Notes: generated by a model from the letters alone, not told the origin. A stretch of DNA of 64,000 nt from Eledone cirrhosa (GCA_964016885.1 OZ024742.1:278690001-278754000); one strand, 5' to 3'; shown: positions 1 to 17,749, counted from the first letter of the stretch. A program made the numbers and translations.

Positions 1-299
1 ATAGTGGAATATTTGAATTAGTAACATCAACGATGTGTAAATCAGTAATAATATGAAGCGTAAAGAAATACCAAAACTCGCTCAAAGCGTGATATACGAC
101 ACAATACTGTACTTCACTTAACTACACTACACTCCACTATACTATATCCGTGCCCTATACTATATGACTGCAGCAGATTTTACTAGATTGCTCTACATTA
201 TATTGCGCTGCACTACACCAAACTATTCCTAACTAGACTGCATTATAATGTCCTACAAACAGAAGTTAGTGATATAATACAGTGCAGTGTATTATAATA

Positions 300-3200
300 C
301 ACTGCACTGTGTTATATCACTAACTGCACTACATTACACTACACTACACTATACTGCACTACACTACTATACAGGACACTGTACTGCACTACGCAACACT
401 ACAATGTGCTGCACTACGCTACACTACACTACACTACGCAACACTACAATGTGCTGCACTACGCTACACTACACTACGCAACACTACAATGTGCTGCACT
501 ACACTACACTACACTACACTACGCAACACTACAATGTGCTGCACTACGCTACACTACACTGTACTGCACTACGCTACGGTATACTGTACTACACTACGCT
601 ACACTACACTACACTACGCAACACTACAATGTGCCGCACTACGCTACACTACACTACACTGTACTGCACTATGCTACGCTACACTGTACTGCACTACACT
701 ACACTACACTACACTACACTACACTACACTGTACTGCACTACGCTACTATAAACGACACTGTACTGCACTACGCAACACTACAATGTACTGCACTACGCT
801 ACACTACACTACATTGTACTGCACTACGCTACGCTACACTGTACTGCACTTCACTACACTACACTACACTGTACTGCACAACGCTACGCTACACTGTACT
901 GCACTACACTACACTACACTACACTACACTGTACTTCACTACGCTACGGTATACTGTACTGCACTACACTACACTGTACTGCACTACACTGTACTGCACT
1001 ACGTTACACTACACTGTACTGCACTACGCTACGGTATACTGTACTACACTACACTACACCGTACTGCACTACACTACACTACACTGTACTGCACTACGCT
1101 ACACTACACGACACTGCACTGCACTACGCTACACTACACTGTACTGCACTGCGTTACACTATACTGTACTGCAATACGTTACACTCCACTGTACTGCACT
1201 ACGCTACAGTATACTGTACTACACTACACTACACTGTACTGCACTACACTACACTGTACTGTACTGCACTACGCTACACTACACAACACTGCGCTGCACT
1301 ACGCTACACTACACTGTACTGCATTACGCTACACTACACAACACTGCACTGCACTACGCTACACTACACTGTACTGCACTACGCTACACTACACAACACT
1401 GTACTGCACTACGCTACACTACACTGTACTGCATTACGCTACACTACACTGTATTGCACTACACTACACTACACTGTACTGCACTACGCTACATGTCACT
1501 GTACTGCACTACACTACACTACACTACACTGTACTGCACTACACTACACTACACTGTACTGCACTACGCTACACTACACTGTACTGCACTACGCTACATG
1601 TCACTGTACTGCACTACGCTACACTACACTGTACTGCACTACGCTACATGTCACTGTACTGCACTACACTACACAACACTGTACTGCACTACACTACGCT
1701 ACACTGTACTGCACTACGCTACACTGTACTGCACTGCAGTGCACTGCACTACTCTACACTACACTGTACTGCACTACACTACACTACACGACATTGTACT
1801 GCACTACCGAAGACTATACGATACTGTACTGCACTACCGCACGCTATACGACACTGTACTGCATTACCACACTACACGATACTGTACTACACTGCCACAT
1901 ACTACACGATTCTGTACTGCACTACTGCACACTACAGGATACTATACTCACTACACTACACTACACTACACTACACTACACTACACTACACTACACTACA
2001 CTAGACTACACTACACTGCACTACACTACACGACACTGTACTGCATTACGCTACACTACACTGTACTGCACTACGCTACACTACACAGTACTTCACTACG
2101 CTACACTACACTACAATGTACTGCACTACACTACACGACACTCTAATGCACTACGGTACACGACACTGTACTGCACTACACTACACGACACTGTACAGCA
2201 CTATGCTACACTACACGACACTGTACTGCACTACTCTATAATACAATGCACAGTGTAACATTACGCTACACTACACTGTACTGCACTACGCTACACTACA
2301 CTGTACTATACAACGCTACACTACACTACACTACACTGTACTTCACTACGCTACACTGTACTGCACTACACTACACTGTACTACACTACGCTACACTACG
2401 CTACACTACGGTACACTACGCTACACTACGCTACACTACCCTGTACTGCACTACGCTGCACTGTACTGAACTACACTTCACTGTACTGACCTACGCTACA
2501 CTACACTGTACTACACAACGCTACACTACACTTCACTGTACTGGACTACACTACACTGTACTACACTACACTGTACTGCACTGCACTGCACTACAGTACA
2601 CTGTACTACACTGCACTACACTGGACGGCACTACGCTACGTTACACTACACTGTACTACACTACACTGTACTGCACTACACTACACTACACTGTACTATA
2701 CAACGCTACACTACACTGTACTGCACTACAGTACACTGTACTCCACTACACTACACTACACTGTAATACACTACGCTACGCTACATTACACTGTACTACA
2801 CTACACTAAACTGTACTACATTACGCTACGCTACACTATACTGTACTACACTGCACTACACTACACTGTACTACACTAATCTACACTACGCTACACTACA
2901 CTACACTACACGTCACTGTATTGCACTACAATACTAGGTACTGCCCTACGCTACACTACTCTACACCGTACTACACAACGGTGCATTACACTGAACTACA
3001 CTACACTACACTGTATTACACTACGCTACAGTACACTACGCTATACGACACTGTACTGCTATATGCTACATTACACTGTACTGCAATACACTACACTGTA
3101 CTGCACCACTCTACACTACACTACACTGTACTGCACTAAGCTACACTACACTACATTGTACTGCTCTACATTACACTAGACTGTATTGCCCTAAACAACA

Positions 3201-3780
3201 ACACACTGTAATGAACTACACTACACTACATTGTACTGCACTATACTACATTACACTGTACTGCACTACACTACACTGTACTGCACCACTCTACACTATA
3301 CTACACTGTACTGCACTAAGCTACACTACACTACATTGTACTGCTCTACAATACACTAGACTGTATTGCCCTAAACAACAACACACTGTAATAAACTACA
3401 CTACATTACATTGTACTGCACTATACTACACTACACTGTACTGCACTACACTACACTACACTACACTACACTAGACTGTACTGCACCACGCTACATTATA
3501 CTACATTGTACTGCACTACACTGTACTACACTATACTACAATGTACTGCACTACACAACTCTACACTGTACTGCACTACGCTAAACTACACTGAACTACA
3601 CTACACTACACTGTACTACACAACATACACTATACTGCACTAGACTACACTGCACTGCACTACACAACACTACACTGTACTTTACTACACTACACTACAC
3701 TGTACTGCACTACACTACATTGTACTGCACTACATTACACTGTACAGCACTACACTACACGACATCACTCTACACTGAAC
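300..3780. repeat. Degenerate pentamer satellite (ACTAC)n with CACTG/TACTG/GCTAC variants
   Basis: Continuous actac/cactg/tactg/acgct 5-mers; pure (ctaca)n run near 1950-2000; top strand G-poor. Confidence 0.95.
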
Positions 3781-3889
3781 TACAGCTTTATGCCCTACAC
3801 TATGTTACATAGCATTACAGTCTATTGCGCTACATTACAACACACTCGACTACACTGCATTAAACCACCCTGCTCTATATCATTAAACA

Positions 3890-6800
3890 ACACCACACCA
3901 CGATACACTGCACTGCACTCTATCACACCACACTACTCTACACTGCGCTCTATGGCACCACACTACACTGTACTCTATCGCACCACACTACACTAAATTG
4001 CACTCTATCACACCACACTACACTATACTGCACTCTATCACACCACACTACTCTACACTGCGCTCTATCACACCACACTACACTATACTGCATCTATCAC
4101 ACCACACTACACTGCGCTCTATCACACCACACTACACTAAACTGCGCTCTATCACACCACACTACTCTACACTGCACTCTATCACACCACACTACATTAC
4201 ACTGCGCTCTATCACACCACACTACACTAAATTGCGCTCTATCACACCACACTACACTGCGCTCTATCGCACCACACTACACTAAACTGCGCTCTATCAC
4301 ACCACACTACACTACACTGCGCTCTATCACACCACGATACACTGCACTCTATCACACCACACTACACTACACTCCGCTCTATCGCACCACACTACACTAC
4401 ACTGCGCTCTATCACACCACGATACACTGCACTCTATCACACCACACTACACTACACTGCGCTCTATCACACCACACTACACTACACTGCACTCTATCAC
4501 ACTACACTACACTGCACTCTATCACACTACACTACACTGCACTCTATCACACTACACTACACTGCACTCTATCACACTACACTACACTGCGCTCTATCAC
4601 ACCACACTACATTACACTGCGCTCTATAACACCATACAACACTACACTGCACTCTATCACGCCACACTACACTGCACTCTATCACGCCACACTACACTGC
4701 ACTCTATCACACCACACTACACTACACTGCACTCTATCACACTACACTACACTGCACTCTATCACGCCACACTACACTGCACTCTATCACACCACACTAC
4801 ACTACACTACACTGCACTCTATCACGCCACATTACACTACACTGCACTCTATCACGCCACACTACACTGCACTCTATCACACCACACTACACTACACTGC
4901 ACTCTATCACGCCACACTACACTGCACTCTATGACGCCACACTACACTACACTGCACTCTATCACACCTCACTACACTGCACTCTATCACACCACACTAC
5001 ACTACACTGCACTCTATCACACTACACTACACTGCACTCTATCACGCCACACTACACTGCACTCTATCACACCACACTACAGTACACTGCACTCTATCAC
5101 GCCACACTACACTGCACTCTATCACACCACACTACACTACACTGCACTCTATCACGCCACACTACACTACACTGCACTCTATCACGCCACACTACACTGC
5201 ACTCTATCACACCACACTACACTACACTGCAATCTATCACGCCACACTACACTGCACTCTATCACGCCACACTACACTACACAGCACTCTATCACGCCAC
5301 ACTACACTGCACTCTATCACGCCACACTACACTGCACTCTACCACACCAGACTACACTACACTGCACTCTATCACACTACACTACACTGCACTCTATCAC
5401 ACCACACTACACTGTACTCTATCACGCCACACTACACTACACTGCACTCTATCACACCACACTACACTGCACTCTATCACACCACACTACACTACACTGC
5501 ATTCTATCACACTACACTGCACTCTATCACGCCACACTACACTGCACTCTATCACACCCCACTACACTACACTGCATTCTATCACACTACACTACACTGC
5601 ACTCTATCACGCCACACTACACTTCACTCTATCACACCACACTACACTACACTGCACTCTATCACACCACACTACACTATAATGCACTCTATCACGCCAC
5701 ACTACACTGCACTCTATCACGCCACACTACACTACACTGCACTCTATCACACCACACTACACTGCACTCTATCACGCCACACTACACTGCACTCTATCAC
5801 GCCACACTACACTACACTGCACTCTATCACACCACACTACACTGCACTCTATCACGCCACACTACACTGCACTCTATCACACCACACTACACTGCACTGT
5901 ATCACGCCACACTACACTGCACTCTATCACGCAAAACTACACTGCACTCTATCACACCACACTACACTGCACTCTATCACGCCACACTACACTACACTGC
6001 ACTCTATCACACCACACTACACTGCATTCTATCACGCCACACTACACTACACTGCACTCTATCACACCACACTACACATCACTCTATCACACCACACTAC
6101 ACTACACTGCACTCTATCCCACCACACTACACTGCACTCTATCACACCACTCTACACTGCACTCTATCACGCCACACTACACTACACTGCGCTCTATCAC
6201 ACCATGCTACACTACACTTCACTCTATCACACCACACTACACTACACTGCACTCTATCACACCACACTACACTGCACTCTATCACGCCACACTACACTAC
6301 ACTGCACTCTATCACGCCACACCACACTACACTGCACTCTATCACGCCACACTACACTACACTGCACTCTATCACACCATGCTACACTACACTGCACTCT
6401 ATCACACTACACTATACTGCACTCTATCACACTACACTACACTGCACTCTATCACACCACACTACACTGCACTCTATCACACCACACTACACTACACTGC
6501 ACTCTATCACGCCACACTACACTGCACTCTATCACACTACACTACACTGCACTCTATCACACTACACTACACTGCACTCTATCACACCACACTACACTGC
6601 ACTCTATCACACCACACTACACTGCACTCTATCACACTACACTACACTGCACTCTATCACACTACACTACACTACACTGCACTCTATCACACTACACTAC
6701 ACTGCACTCTATCACACCACACTACACTGCACTCTATCACACCACACTACACTACACTGCACTCTATCACACCACACTACACTGCACTCTATCACACCAC

Positions 6801-9800
6801 ACTACACTGTACTCTATCACGCCACACTACACTACACTGCACTCTATCACACCACACTACACTGCACTATATCACACCACACTACACTGCACTCTATCAC
6901 GCCACACTACACTACACTGTACTCTATCACGCCACACTACACTACAGTGCACTCTATCACACCACACTACACTGCACTCTATCACACCACACTACACTGC
7001 ACTCTATCACGCCACACCACACTACACTGCACTCTATCACGCCACACTACACTACACTGCACTCTATCACACCACACTACACTGCACTCTATCACACCAC
7101 GCTACACTGCACTCTATCACGCCACACCACACTACACTGCACTCTATCACACCACACCACACTACACTGCACTCTATCACGCCACACTACACTACACTGC
7201 GCTCTATCACACCATGCTACACTACACTTCACTCTATCACACCACACTACACTACACTCTATCACACCACACTACACTGCACTCTATCACGCCACACTAC
7301 ACTACACTGCACTCTATCACGCCACACCACACTACACTGCACTCTATCACACCACACTACACTACACTGCACTCTATCACACCACACTACACTGCACTCT
7401 ATCACGCCACACTACACTACACTTCACTCTATCACACCACACTACACTACACTGCACTCTATCACACCACACTACACCACACTGCACTCTATCACACCAC
7501 ACTACACTACACTGCACTCTATCACACCACAATACACTGCACTCTATAACGCCACACTACACTACACTTCACTCTATCACACCACACTACACTACACTGC
7601 ACTCTATCACACCACACTACACTGCACTCTATCACGCCACACTACACTACACTACACTCTGTCACACCACACTACACTACACTGCGCTCTATCACACCAT
7701 GCTACACTACACTTCACTCTATCACACCACACTACACTACACTGCGCTCTATAACACCACACTACACTACACTGCACTCTATCACACCACACTACACTGC
7801 ACTCTATCACGCCACACTACACTACACTGCACTCTATCACACCACACTACACTGCACTCTATCACGCCACACTACACTACACTGCACTCTATCATACCAC
7901 ACTACACTGCACTCTATCACACCACACTACACTGCACTCTATCACACCACGATACACTGCACTCTATCACACCAAAGTACATTACACTGCGCTCTATAAC
8001 ACCATACTACACTACACTGCACTCTATCACACCACACTACATTACACTGCGCTCTATAACACCATACTACACTACACTGCACTCTATCACACCACACTAC
8101 ATTACACTGCGCTCTATCACACCACACTACATTACACTGCGCTCTATAACACCATACTACACTACACTGCACTCTATCACACCACACTACATTACACTGC
8201 GCTCTATAACACCATACTACACTACACTGCACTCTATCACACCACACTACATTACACTGCGCTCTATAACACCATACTACACTACACTGCACTCTATCAC
8301 ACCACACTACATTACACTGCGCTCTATAACACCAAAGTACACTGCACTCTATCACACCAAAGTACACTATACTGCGCTCTATAACACCATACTACACTAC
8401 ACTGCACTCTATCACACCATACTACATTACACTGCGCTCTATAACACCATACTACACTACACTGCACTCTATCACACCACACTACATTACACTGCGCTCT
8501 ATAACACCATACTACACTACACTGCACTCTATCACACCACACTACATTACACTGCGCTCTATAACACCATACTACACTACACTGCACTCTATCACACCAC
8601 ACTACATTACACTGCGCTCTATAACACCATACTACACTACACTTCACTCTATCACACCACACTACATTACACTGCGCTCTATAACACCATACTACACTAC
8701 ACTGCACTCTATCACACCACACTACACTGCACTCTATCACACCACGCTACACTGAAATCTATCACGCCACACCACACTACACTGCACTCTATCACACCAC
8801 ACCACACTACACTGCACTCTATCACGCCACACTACACTACACTGCGCTCTATCACACCAAGCTACACTACACTTCACTCTATCACACCACACTACACTAC
8901 ACTGCACTATATCACACCACACTACACTGCACTCTATCACGCCACACTACACTACACTGCACTCTATCACGCCACACCACACTACACTGCACTCTATCAC
9001 ACCACACTACACTACACTGCACTCTATCACACCACACTACACTGCACTCTATCACGCCACACTACACTACACTTCACTCTATCACACCACACCACACTAC
9101 ACTGCACTCTATCACACCACACTACACTACACTGCACTCTATCACACCACACTACACTACACTGCACTCTATCACACCACACTACACTGCACTCTATCAC
9201 GCCACACTACACTACACTTCACTCTATCACACCACACTACACTACACTGCACTCTATCACACCACACTACACTGCACTCTATCACGCCACACTACACTAC
9301 ACTGCACTCTATCACACCACACTACACTACACTGCGCTCTATCACACCATGCTACACTACACTTCACTCTATCACACCACACTACACTACACTGCGCTCT
9401 ATAACACCACACTACACTACACTGCACTCTATCACACCACACTACACTGCACTCTATCACGCCACACTACACTACACTGCACTCTATCACACCACACTAC
9501 ACTGCACTCTATCACGCCACACTACACTACACTGGACTCTATCACACCACACTACACTACACTGCGCTCTATAACACCATACTACACTACACTGCACTCT
9601 ATCACACCACACTACATTACACTGCGCTCTATAACACCATACTACACTACACTGCACTCTATCACACCACACTACATTACACTGCGCTCTATAACACCAT
9701 ACTACACTACACTGCACTCTATCACACCACACTACATTACACTCCGCTCTATCGCACCACACTACACTACACTGCGCTCTATCACACCACGATACACTGC

Positions 9801-12800
9801 ACTCTATCACACCACACTACACTACACTGCGCTCTATCACACCACACTACACTACACTGCACTCTATCACACTACACTACACTGCACTCTATCACACTAC
9901 ACTACACTGCACTCTATCACACTACACTACACTGCACTCTATCACACTACACTACACTGCGCTCTATCACACCACACTACATTACACTGCGCTCTATAAC
10001 ACCATACAACACTACACTGCACTCTATCACGCCACACTACACTGCACTCTATTACGCCACACTACACTGCACTCTATCACACCACACTACACTACACTGC
10101 ACTCTATCACACTACACTACACTGCACTCTATCACGCCACACTACACTGCACTCTATCACACCACACTACACTACACTACACTGCACTCTATCACGCCAC
10201 ATTACACTACACTGCACTCTATCACGCCACACTACACTGCACTCTATCACACCACACTACACTACACTGCACTCTATCACGCCACACTACACTGCACTCT
10301 ATCACGCCACACTACACTACACTGCACTCTATCACACCTCACTACACTGCACTCTATCACACCACACTACACTACACTGCACTCTATCACACTACACTAC
10401 ACTGCACTCTATCACGCCACACTACACTGCACTCTATCACACCACACTACACTACACTGCACTCTATCACGCCACACTACACTGCACTCTATCACACCAC
10501 ACTACACTACACTGCACTCTATCACGCCACACTACACTACACTGCACTCTATCACGCCACACTACACTGCACTCTATCACACCACACTACACTACACTGC
10601 ACTCTATCACGCCACACTACACTGCACTCTATCACGCCACACTACACTACACAGCACTCTATCACGCCACACTACACTGCACTCTATCACACCACACTAC
10701 ACTACACTGCACTCTATCACACTACACTACACTTCACTCTATCACGCCACACTACACTGCACTCTACCACACCAGACTACACTACACTGCACTCTATCAC
10801 ACTACACTACACTGCACTCTATCACACCACACTACACTGTACTCTATCACGCCACACTACACTACACTGCACTCTATCACACCACACTACACTGCACTCT
10901 ATCACACCACACTACACTACACTGCATTCTATCACACTACACTACACTGCACTCTATCACGCCACACTACACTGCACTCTATCACACCCCACTACACTAC
11001 ACTGCATTCTATCACACTACACTACACTGCACTCTATCACGCCACACTACACTTCACTCTATCACACCACACTACACTACACTGCACTCTATCACACCAC
11101 ACTACACTATAATGCACTCTATCACGCCACACTACACTGCACTCTATCACGCCACACTACACTACACTGCACTCTATCACACCACACTACACTGCACTCT
11201 ATCACGCCACACTACACTGCACTCTATCACGCCACACTACACTACACTGCACTCTATCACACCACACTACACTGCACTCTATCACGCCACACTACACTGC
11301 ACTCTATCACACCACACTACACTGCACTGTATCACGCCACACTACACTGCACTCTATCACGCCACACTACACTGCACTCTATCACACCACACTACACTGC
11401 ACTCTATCACGCCACACTACACTACACTGCACTCTATCACGCCACACTACACTACACTGCACTCTATCACACCACACTACACTGCATTCTATAACGCCAC
11501 ACTACACTACACTGCACTCTATCACACCACACTACACTTCACTCTATCACACCACACTACACTACACTGCACTCTATCACACCACACTACACTGCACTCT
11601 ATCACACCACACTACACTGCACTCTATCACGCCACACTACACTACACTGCGCTCTATCACGCCACACTACACTACACTGCGCTCTATCACACCATGCTAC
11701 ACTACACTTCACTCTATCACACCACACTACACTACACTGCACTCTATCACACCACACTACATTGCACTCTATCACGCCACACTACACTACACTGCACTCT
11801 ATCACGCCACACCACACTACACTGCACTCTATCACGCCACACTACACTACACTGCACTCTATCACACCATGCTACACTACAATGCACTCTATCACACTAC
11901 ACTATACTGCACTCTATCACACTACACTACACTGCACTCTATCACACCACACTACACTGCACTCTATCACACCACACTACACTACACTGCACTCTATCAC
12001 GCCACACTACACTGCACTCTATCACACTACACTACACTGCACTCTATCACACTACACTACACTGCACTCTATCACACCACACTACACTGCACTCTATCAC
12101 ACCACACTACACTGCACTCTATCACACTACACTACACTGCACTCTATCACACTACACTACACTACACTGCACTCTATCACACTACACTACACTGCACTCT
12201 ATCACACCACACTACACTGCACTCTATCACACCACACTACACTACACTGCACTCTATCACACCACACTACACTGCACTCTATCACACCACACTACACTGC
12301 ACTCTATCACGCCACACCACACTACACTGCACTCTATCACGCCACACTACACTACACTGCACTCTATCACGCCACACTACACTACACTGCACTCGATCAC
12401 ACCACACTACACTGGACTCTATCACACCACACTACACTGCACTCTATCACGCCACACTACACTACAGTGCACTCTATCACACCACACTACACTGCACTCT
12501 ATCACACCACACTACACTGCACTCTATCACGCCACACCACACTACACTGCACTCTATCACGCCACACTACACTACACTGCACTCTATCACACCACACTAC
12601 ACTGCACTCTATCACACCACGCTACACTGCACTCTATCACGCCACACCACACTACACTGCACTCTATCACACCACACCACACTACACTGCACTCTATCAC
12701 GCCACACTACACTACACTGCGCTCTATCACACCATGCTACACTACACTTCACTCTATCACACCACACTACACTACACTCTATCACACCACACTACACTGC

Positions 12801-15800
12801 ACTCTATCACGCCACACTACACTACACTGCACTCTATCACGCCACACTACACTGCGCTCTATCACACCATGCTACACTACACTGCACTCTATCACGCCAC
12901 ACCACACTACACTGCACTCTATCACACCACACTACACTACACTGCACTCTATCACACCACACTACACTGCACTCTATCACGCCACACTACACTACACTTC
13001 ACTCTATCACACCACACTACACTACACTGCACTCTATCACACCACACTACACTACACTGCACTCTATCACACCACACTACACTACACTGCACTCTATCAC
13101 ACCACAATACACTGCACTCTATCACGCCACACTACACTACACTTCACTCTATCACACCACACTACACTACACTGCACTCTATCACACCACACTACACTGC
13201 ACTCTATCACGCCACACTACACTACACTGCACTCTATCACACCACACTACACTACACTGCGCTCTATCACACCATGCTACACTACACTTCACTCTATCAC
13301 ACCACACTACACTACACTGCGCTCTATAACACCACACTACACTACACTGCACTCTATCACACCACATTACACTGCACTCTATCACGCCACACTACACTAC
13401 ACTGCACTCTATCACACCACACTACACTGCACTCTATCACGCCACACTACACTACACTGCACTCTATCACACCACACTACACTGCACTCTATCACGCCAC
13501 ACTACACTACACTGCACTCTATCACACCACACTACACTGCACTCTATCACACCACACTACACTGCACTCTATCACACCACGATACACTGCACTCTATCAC
13601 ACCAAAGTACATTACACTGCGCTCTATAACACCATACTACACTACACTGCACTCTATCACACCACACTACATTACACTGCGCTCTATAACACCATACTAC
13701 ACTACACTGCACTCTATCACACCACACTACATTACACTGCGCTCTATCACACCACACTACATTACACTGCGCTCTATAACACCATACTACACTACACTGC
13801 ACTCTATCACACCACACTACTCTACACTTCACTCTATCACACCACACCACACTACACTGCACTCTATCACACCACACTACACTACACTGCACTCTATCAC
13901 ACCACACTACACTACACTGCACTCTATCACACCACACTACACTGCACTCTATCACGCCACACTACACTACACTTCACTCTATCACACCACACTGCACTAC
14001 ACTGCACTCTATCACACCACACTACACTGCACTCTATCACGCCACACTACACTACACTGCACTCTATCACACCACACTACACTACACTGCGCTCTATCAC
14101 ACCATGCTACACTACACTTCACTCTATCACACCACACTACACTACACTGCGCTCTATAACACCACACTACACTACACTGCACTCTATCACACCACACTAC
14201 ACTGCACTCTATCACGCCACACTACACTACACTGCACTCTATCACACCACACTACACTGCACTCTATCACGCCACACTACCCTACACTGCATCCTATCAC
14301 ACCACACTACACTGCACTCTATCACGCCACACTACACTACACTGCACTCTATCACACCACACTACACTGCACTCTATCACACCACACTACACTGCACTCT
14401 ATCACACCACGATACACTGCACTCTATCACACCAAAGTACATTACACTGCGCTCTATAACACCATACTACACTACACTGCACTCTATCACACCACACTAC
14501 ATTACACTGCGCTCTATAACACCATACTACACTACACTGCACTCTATCACACCACACTACATTACACTGCGCTCTATCACACCACACTACATTACACTGC
14601 GCTCTATAACACCATACTACACTACACTGCACTCTATCACACCACACTACATTACACTGCGCTCTATAACACCATACTACACTACACTGCACTCTATCAC
14701 ACCACACTACATTACACTGCGCTCTATAACACCATACTACACTACACTGCACTCTATCACACCACACTACATTACACTGCGCTCTATAACACCAAAGTAC
14801 ACTGCACTCTATCACACCAAAGTACACTATACTGCGCTCTATAACACCATACTACACTACACTGCACTCTATCACACCACACTACATTACACTGCGCTCT
14901 ATAACACCATACTACACTACACTGCACTCTATCATACCACACTACATTACACTGCGCTCTATAACACCATACTACACTACACTGCACTCTATCACACCAT
15001 ACTACATTACACTGCGCTCTATAACACCATACTACACTACACTGCACTCTATCACACCACACTACATTACACTGCGCTCTATAACACCATACTACACTAC
15101 ACTGCACTCTATCACACCACACTACATTACACTGCGCTCTATAACACCATACTACACTACACTGCACTCTATCACACCACACTACATTACACTGCGCTCT
15201 ATAACACCATACTACACTACACTGCACTCTATCACACCACACTACATTACACTGCGCTCTATAACACCATACTACACTACACTGCACTCTATCACACCAC
15301 ACTACATTACACTGCGCTCTATAACACCATACTACACTACACTGCACTCTATCACACCACACTACATTACACTGCGCTCTATAACACCATACTACACTAC
15401 ACTGCACTCTATCACACCAAAGTACACTGCACTGCTCTCTATCACACCAAAGTACACTACACTGCGCTCTATAACACCATACTACACTACACTGCACTCT
15501 ATCACACCACACTACATTACACTGCGCTCTATAACACCATACTATACTACACTGCACTCTATCACACCAAAGTACACTGCACTGCACTCTATCACACCAA
15601 AGTACACTACACTGCGCTCTATAACACCATACTACACTACACTGCACTCTATCACACCACACTACATTACACTGCGCTCTATAACACCATACTACACTAC
15701 ACTGCACTCTATCACACCACACTACATTACACTGCGCTCTATAACACCAAAGTACACTGCACTCTATCACACCAAAGTACACTATACTGCGCTCTATAAC

Positions 15801-16779
15801 ACCATACTACACTACACTGCACTCTATCACACCACACTACATTACACTGCGCTCTATAACACCATACTACACTACACTGCACTCTATCATACCACACTAC
15901 ATTACACTGCGCTCTATAACACCATACTACACTACACTGCACTCTATCACACCACACTACATTACACTGCGCTCTATAACACCATACTACACTACACTGC
16001 ACTCTATCACACCACACTACATTACACTGCGCTCTATAACACCATACTACACTACACTGCACTCTATCACACCACACTACATTACACTGCGCTCTATAAC
16101 ACCATACTACACTACACTGCACTCTATCACACCACACTACATTACACTGCGCTCTATAACACCATACTACACTACACTGCACTCTATCACACCACACTAC
16201 ATTACACTGCGCTCTATAACACCATACTACACTACACTGCACTCTATCACACCACACTACATTACACTGCGCTCTATAACACCATACTACACTACACTGC
16301 ACTCTATCACACCACACTACATTACACTGCGCTCTATAACACCATACTACACTACACTGCACTCTATCACACCAAAGTACACTGCACTGCTCTCTATCAC
16401 ACCAAAGTACACTACACTGCGCTCTATAACACCATACTACACTACACTGCACTCTATAACACCACACTACATTACACTGCGCTCTATAACACCATACTAC
16501 ACTACACTGCACTCTATCACACCAAAGTACACTGCACTGCACTCTATCACACCAAAGTACACTACACTGCGCTCTATAACACCATACTACACTACACTGC
16601 ACTCCATCACACCACACTACATTACACTGCGCTCTATAACACCACGCTACACTACACTGCACTCTATCACACCACACTACATTACACTGCGCTCTATAAC
16701 ACCATACTACACTACACTGCACTCTATCACACCACACTACACTACACTGCACTCTATCACACCACACCACACTGCTCTA
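3890..16779. repeat. 25/30-bp satellite ACTCTATCAC(A/G)CCACACTAC(ACTAC)ACTGC, with 60-bp dimer blocks and higher-order duplications
   Basis: Tandem 25- and 30-mers in a 5-bp register. The dimer attacactgcgctctataacaccatactac-actacactgcactctatcacaccacactac dominates ~7980-8700 and ~14440-16740. Confidence 0.97.
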
Positions 16780-16959
16780 GATAGACATACAAGCAGAAAC
16801 ACACACTCACACACTCTCTCTCTGGCTCACGCACACACGCACACATAATGTATATTCCGTGTATTTCAATGGTGAGTGTTGTTCGATCAAACGAATGTCC
16901 CATTCGTTATATTTACATGAAATGTTGCTGAGTATGACATTGTCATAATTCATTATTTA

Positions 16960-17065
16960 ACACACACACACGCGCACACACACGCACGCACGCACACACA
17001 CACACACCCACACACGCACACACGCACACACACACATACACACACATACACACACACACACACAT
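16960..17065. repeat. (CA)n microsatellite
   Basis: Direct reading. Confidence 0.9.
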
Positions 17066-17749
17066 ACTGGCATACAAACAAAAACACATGCTTATGATGA
17101 TAGATTGGCCGTCAGTTCCGACAAATGAATGTTTGATTCTTCAAAATATTATGCATATGGTCTAGTATTTCTTATACACGTATGATGGCTCTACCATCGG
17201 TTTCGACGAGGATTAATCGCTCAACTAAATGCCTGACTCGTCTCCTGTTTCAAGTATATCATAGGCACGACTAAATTGTCCAATGCCTTTAGTGTTTGAG
17301 GGTGATATGGTTGTTAATTCTAGCAAATTGTTGGCTTATTTAAAAAGTCGCTGACTAGGTCTTCGCTGCTGGTTTATAAAGTTAGTTAAATCATATATGT
17401 CATGAGTTGGTAATTCTGTTGGCGGTCATTTGACCGCGACTTACTATATTCCTCAAATTCCACCGAGGTCAACTCTGTTTTAATCCTTTCAGACAAGATG
17501 AATTAAAATAACAGTCTACGAGGATGGAACAGGCAGAATTTCAGAACGTCTTTCTAAATACATTATGACTGTTTGCGTTCCGGCACTCTAATATCTGAGT
17601 TCAAATCCTAGTGTACTCTGCGTGGGTTTAACACGACCCAAGTGTCTGTTAACTGCTTTCAAACCTGATCTCTGGTTTGGAGAACATGAGAACTGATCTT
17701 CTACGACAGACTGAACAGTAAAAAGAAAAAGTGTCTCTAATCGTTACTG

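Noticed and set aside
300-3780. Telomeric array
   Set aside because: (GTAGT)n is not TTAGGG or TTAGG, is degenerate, and is internal with non-repeat flanks.
287-16770. Very long His/Thr/Tyr/Leu-rich ORFs (up to 1345 aa)
   Set aside because: Open in several frames only because the satellite lacks stop codons on that strand; 25-bp units shift frame; no gene structure.
3890-16779. CRISPR-like array of 25-30 bp repeats
   Set aside because: No unique spacers, no cas genes, eukaryotic context.
17185-17250. Hammerhead on minus strand (GACGAG...CTCGTC-GAAA-CCGATGG-TA)
   Set aside because: No recognisable CUGANGA box or stem I partner.
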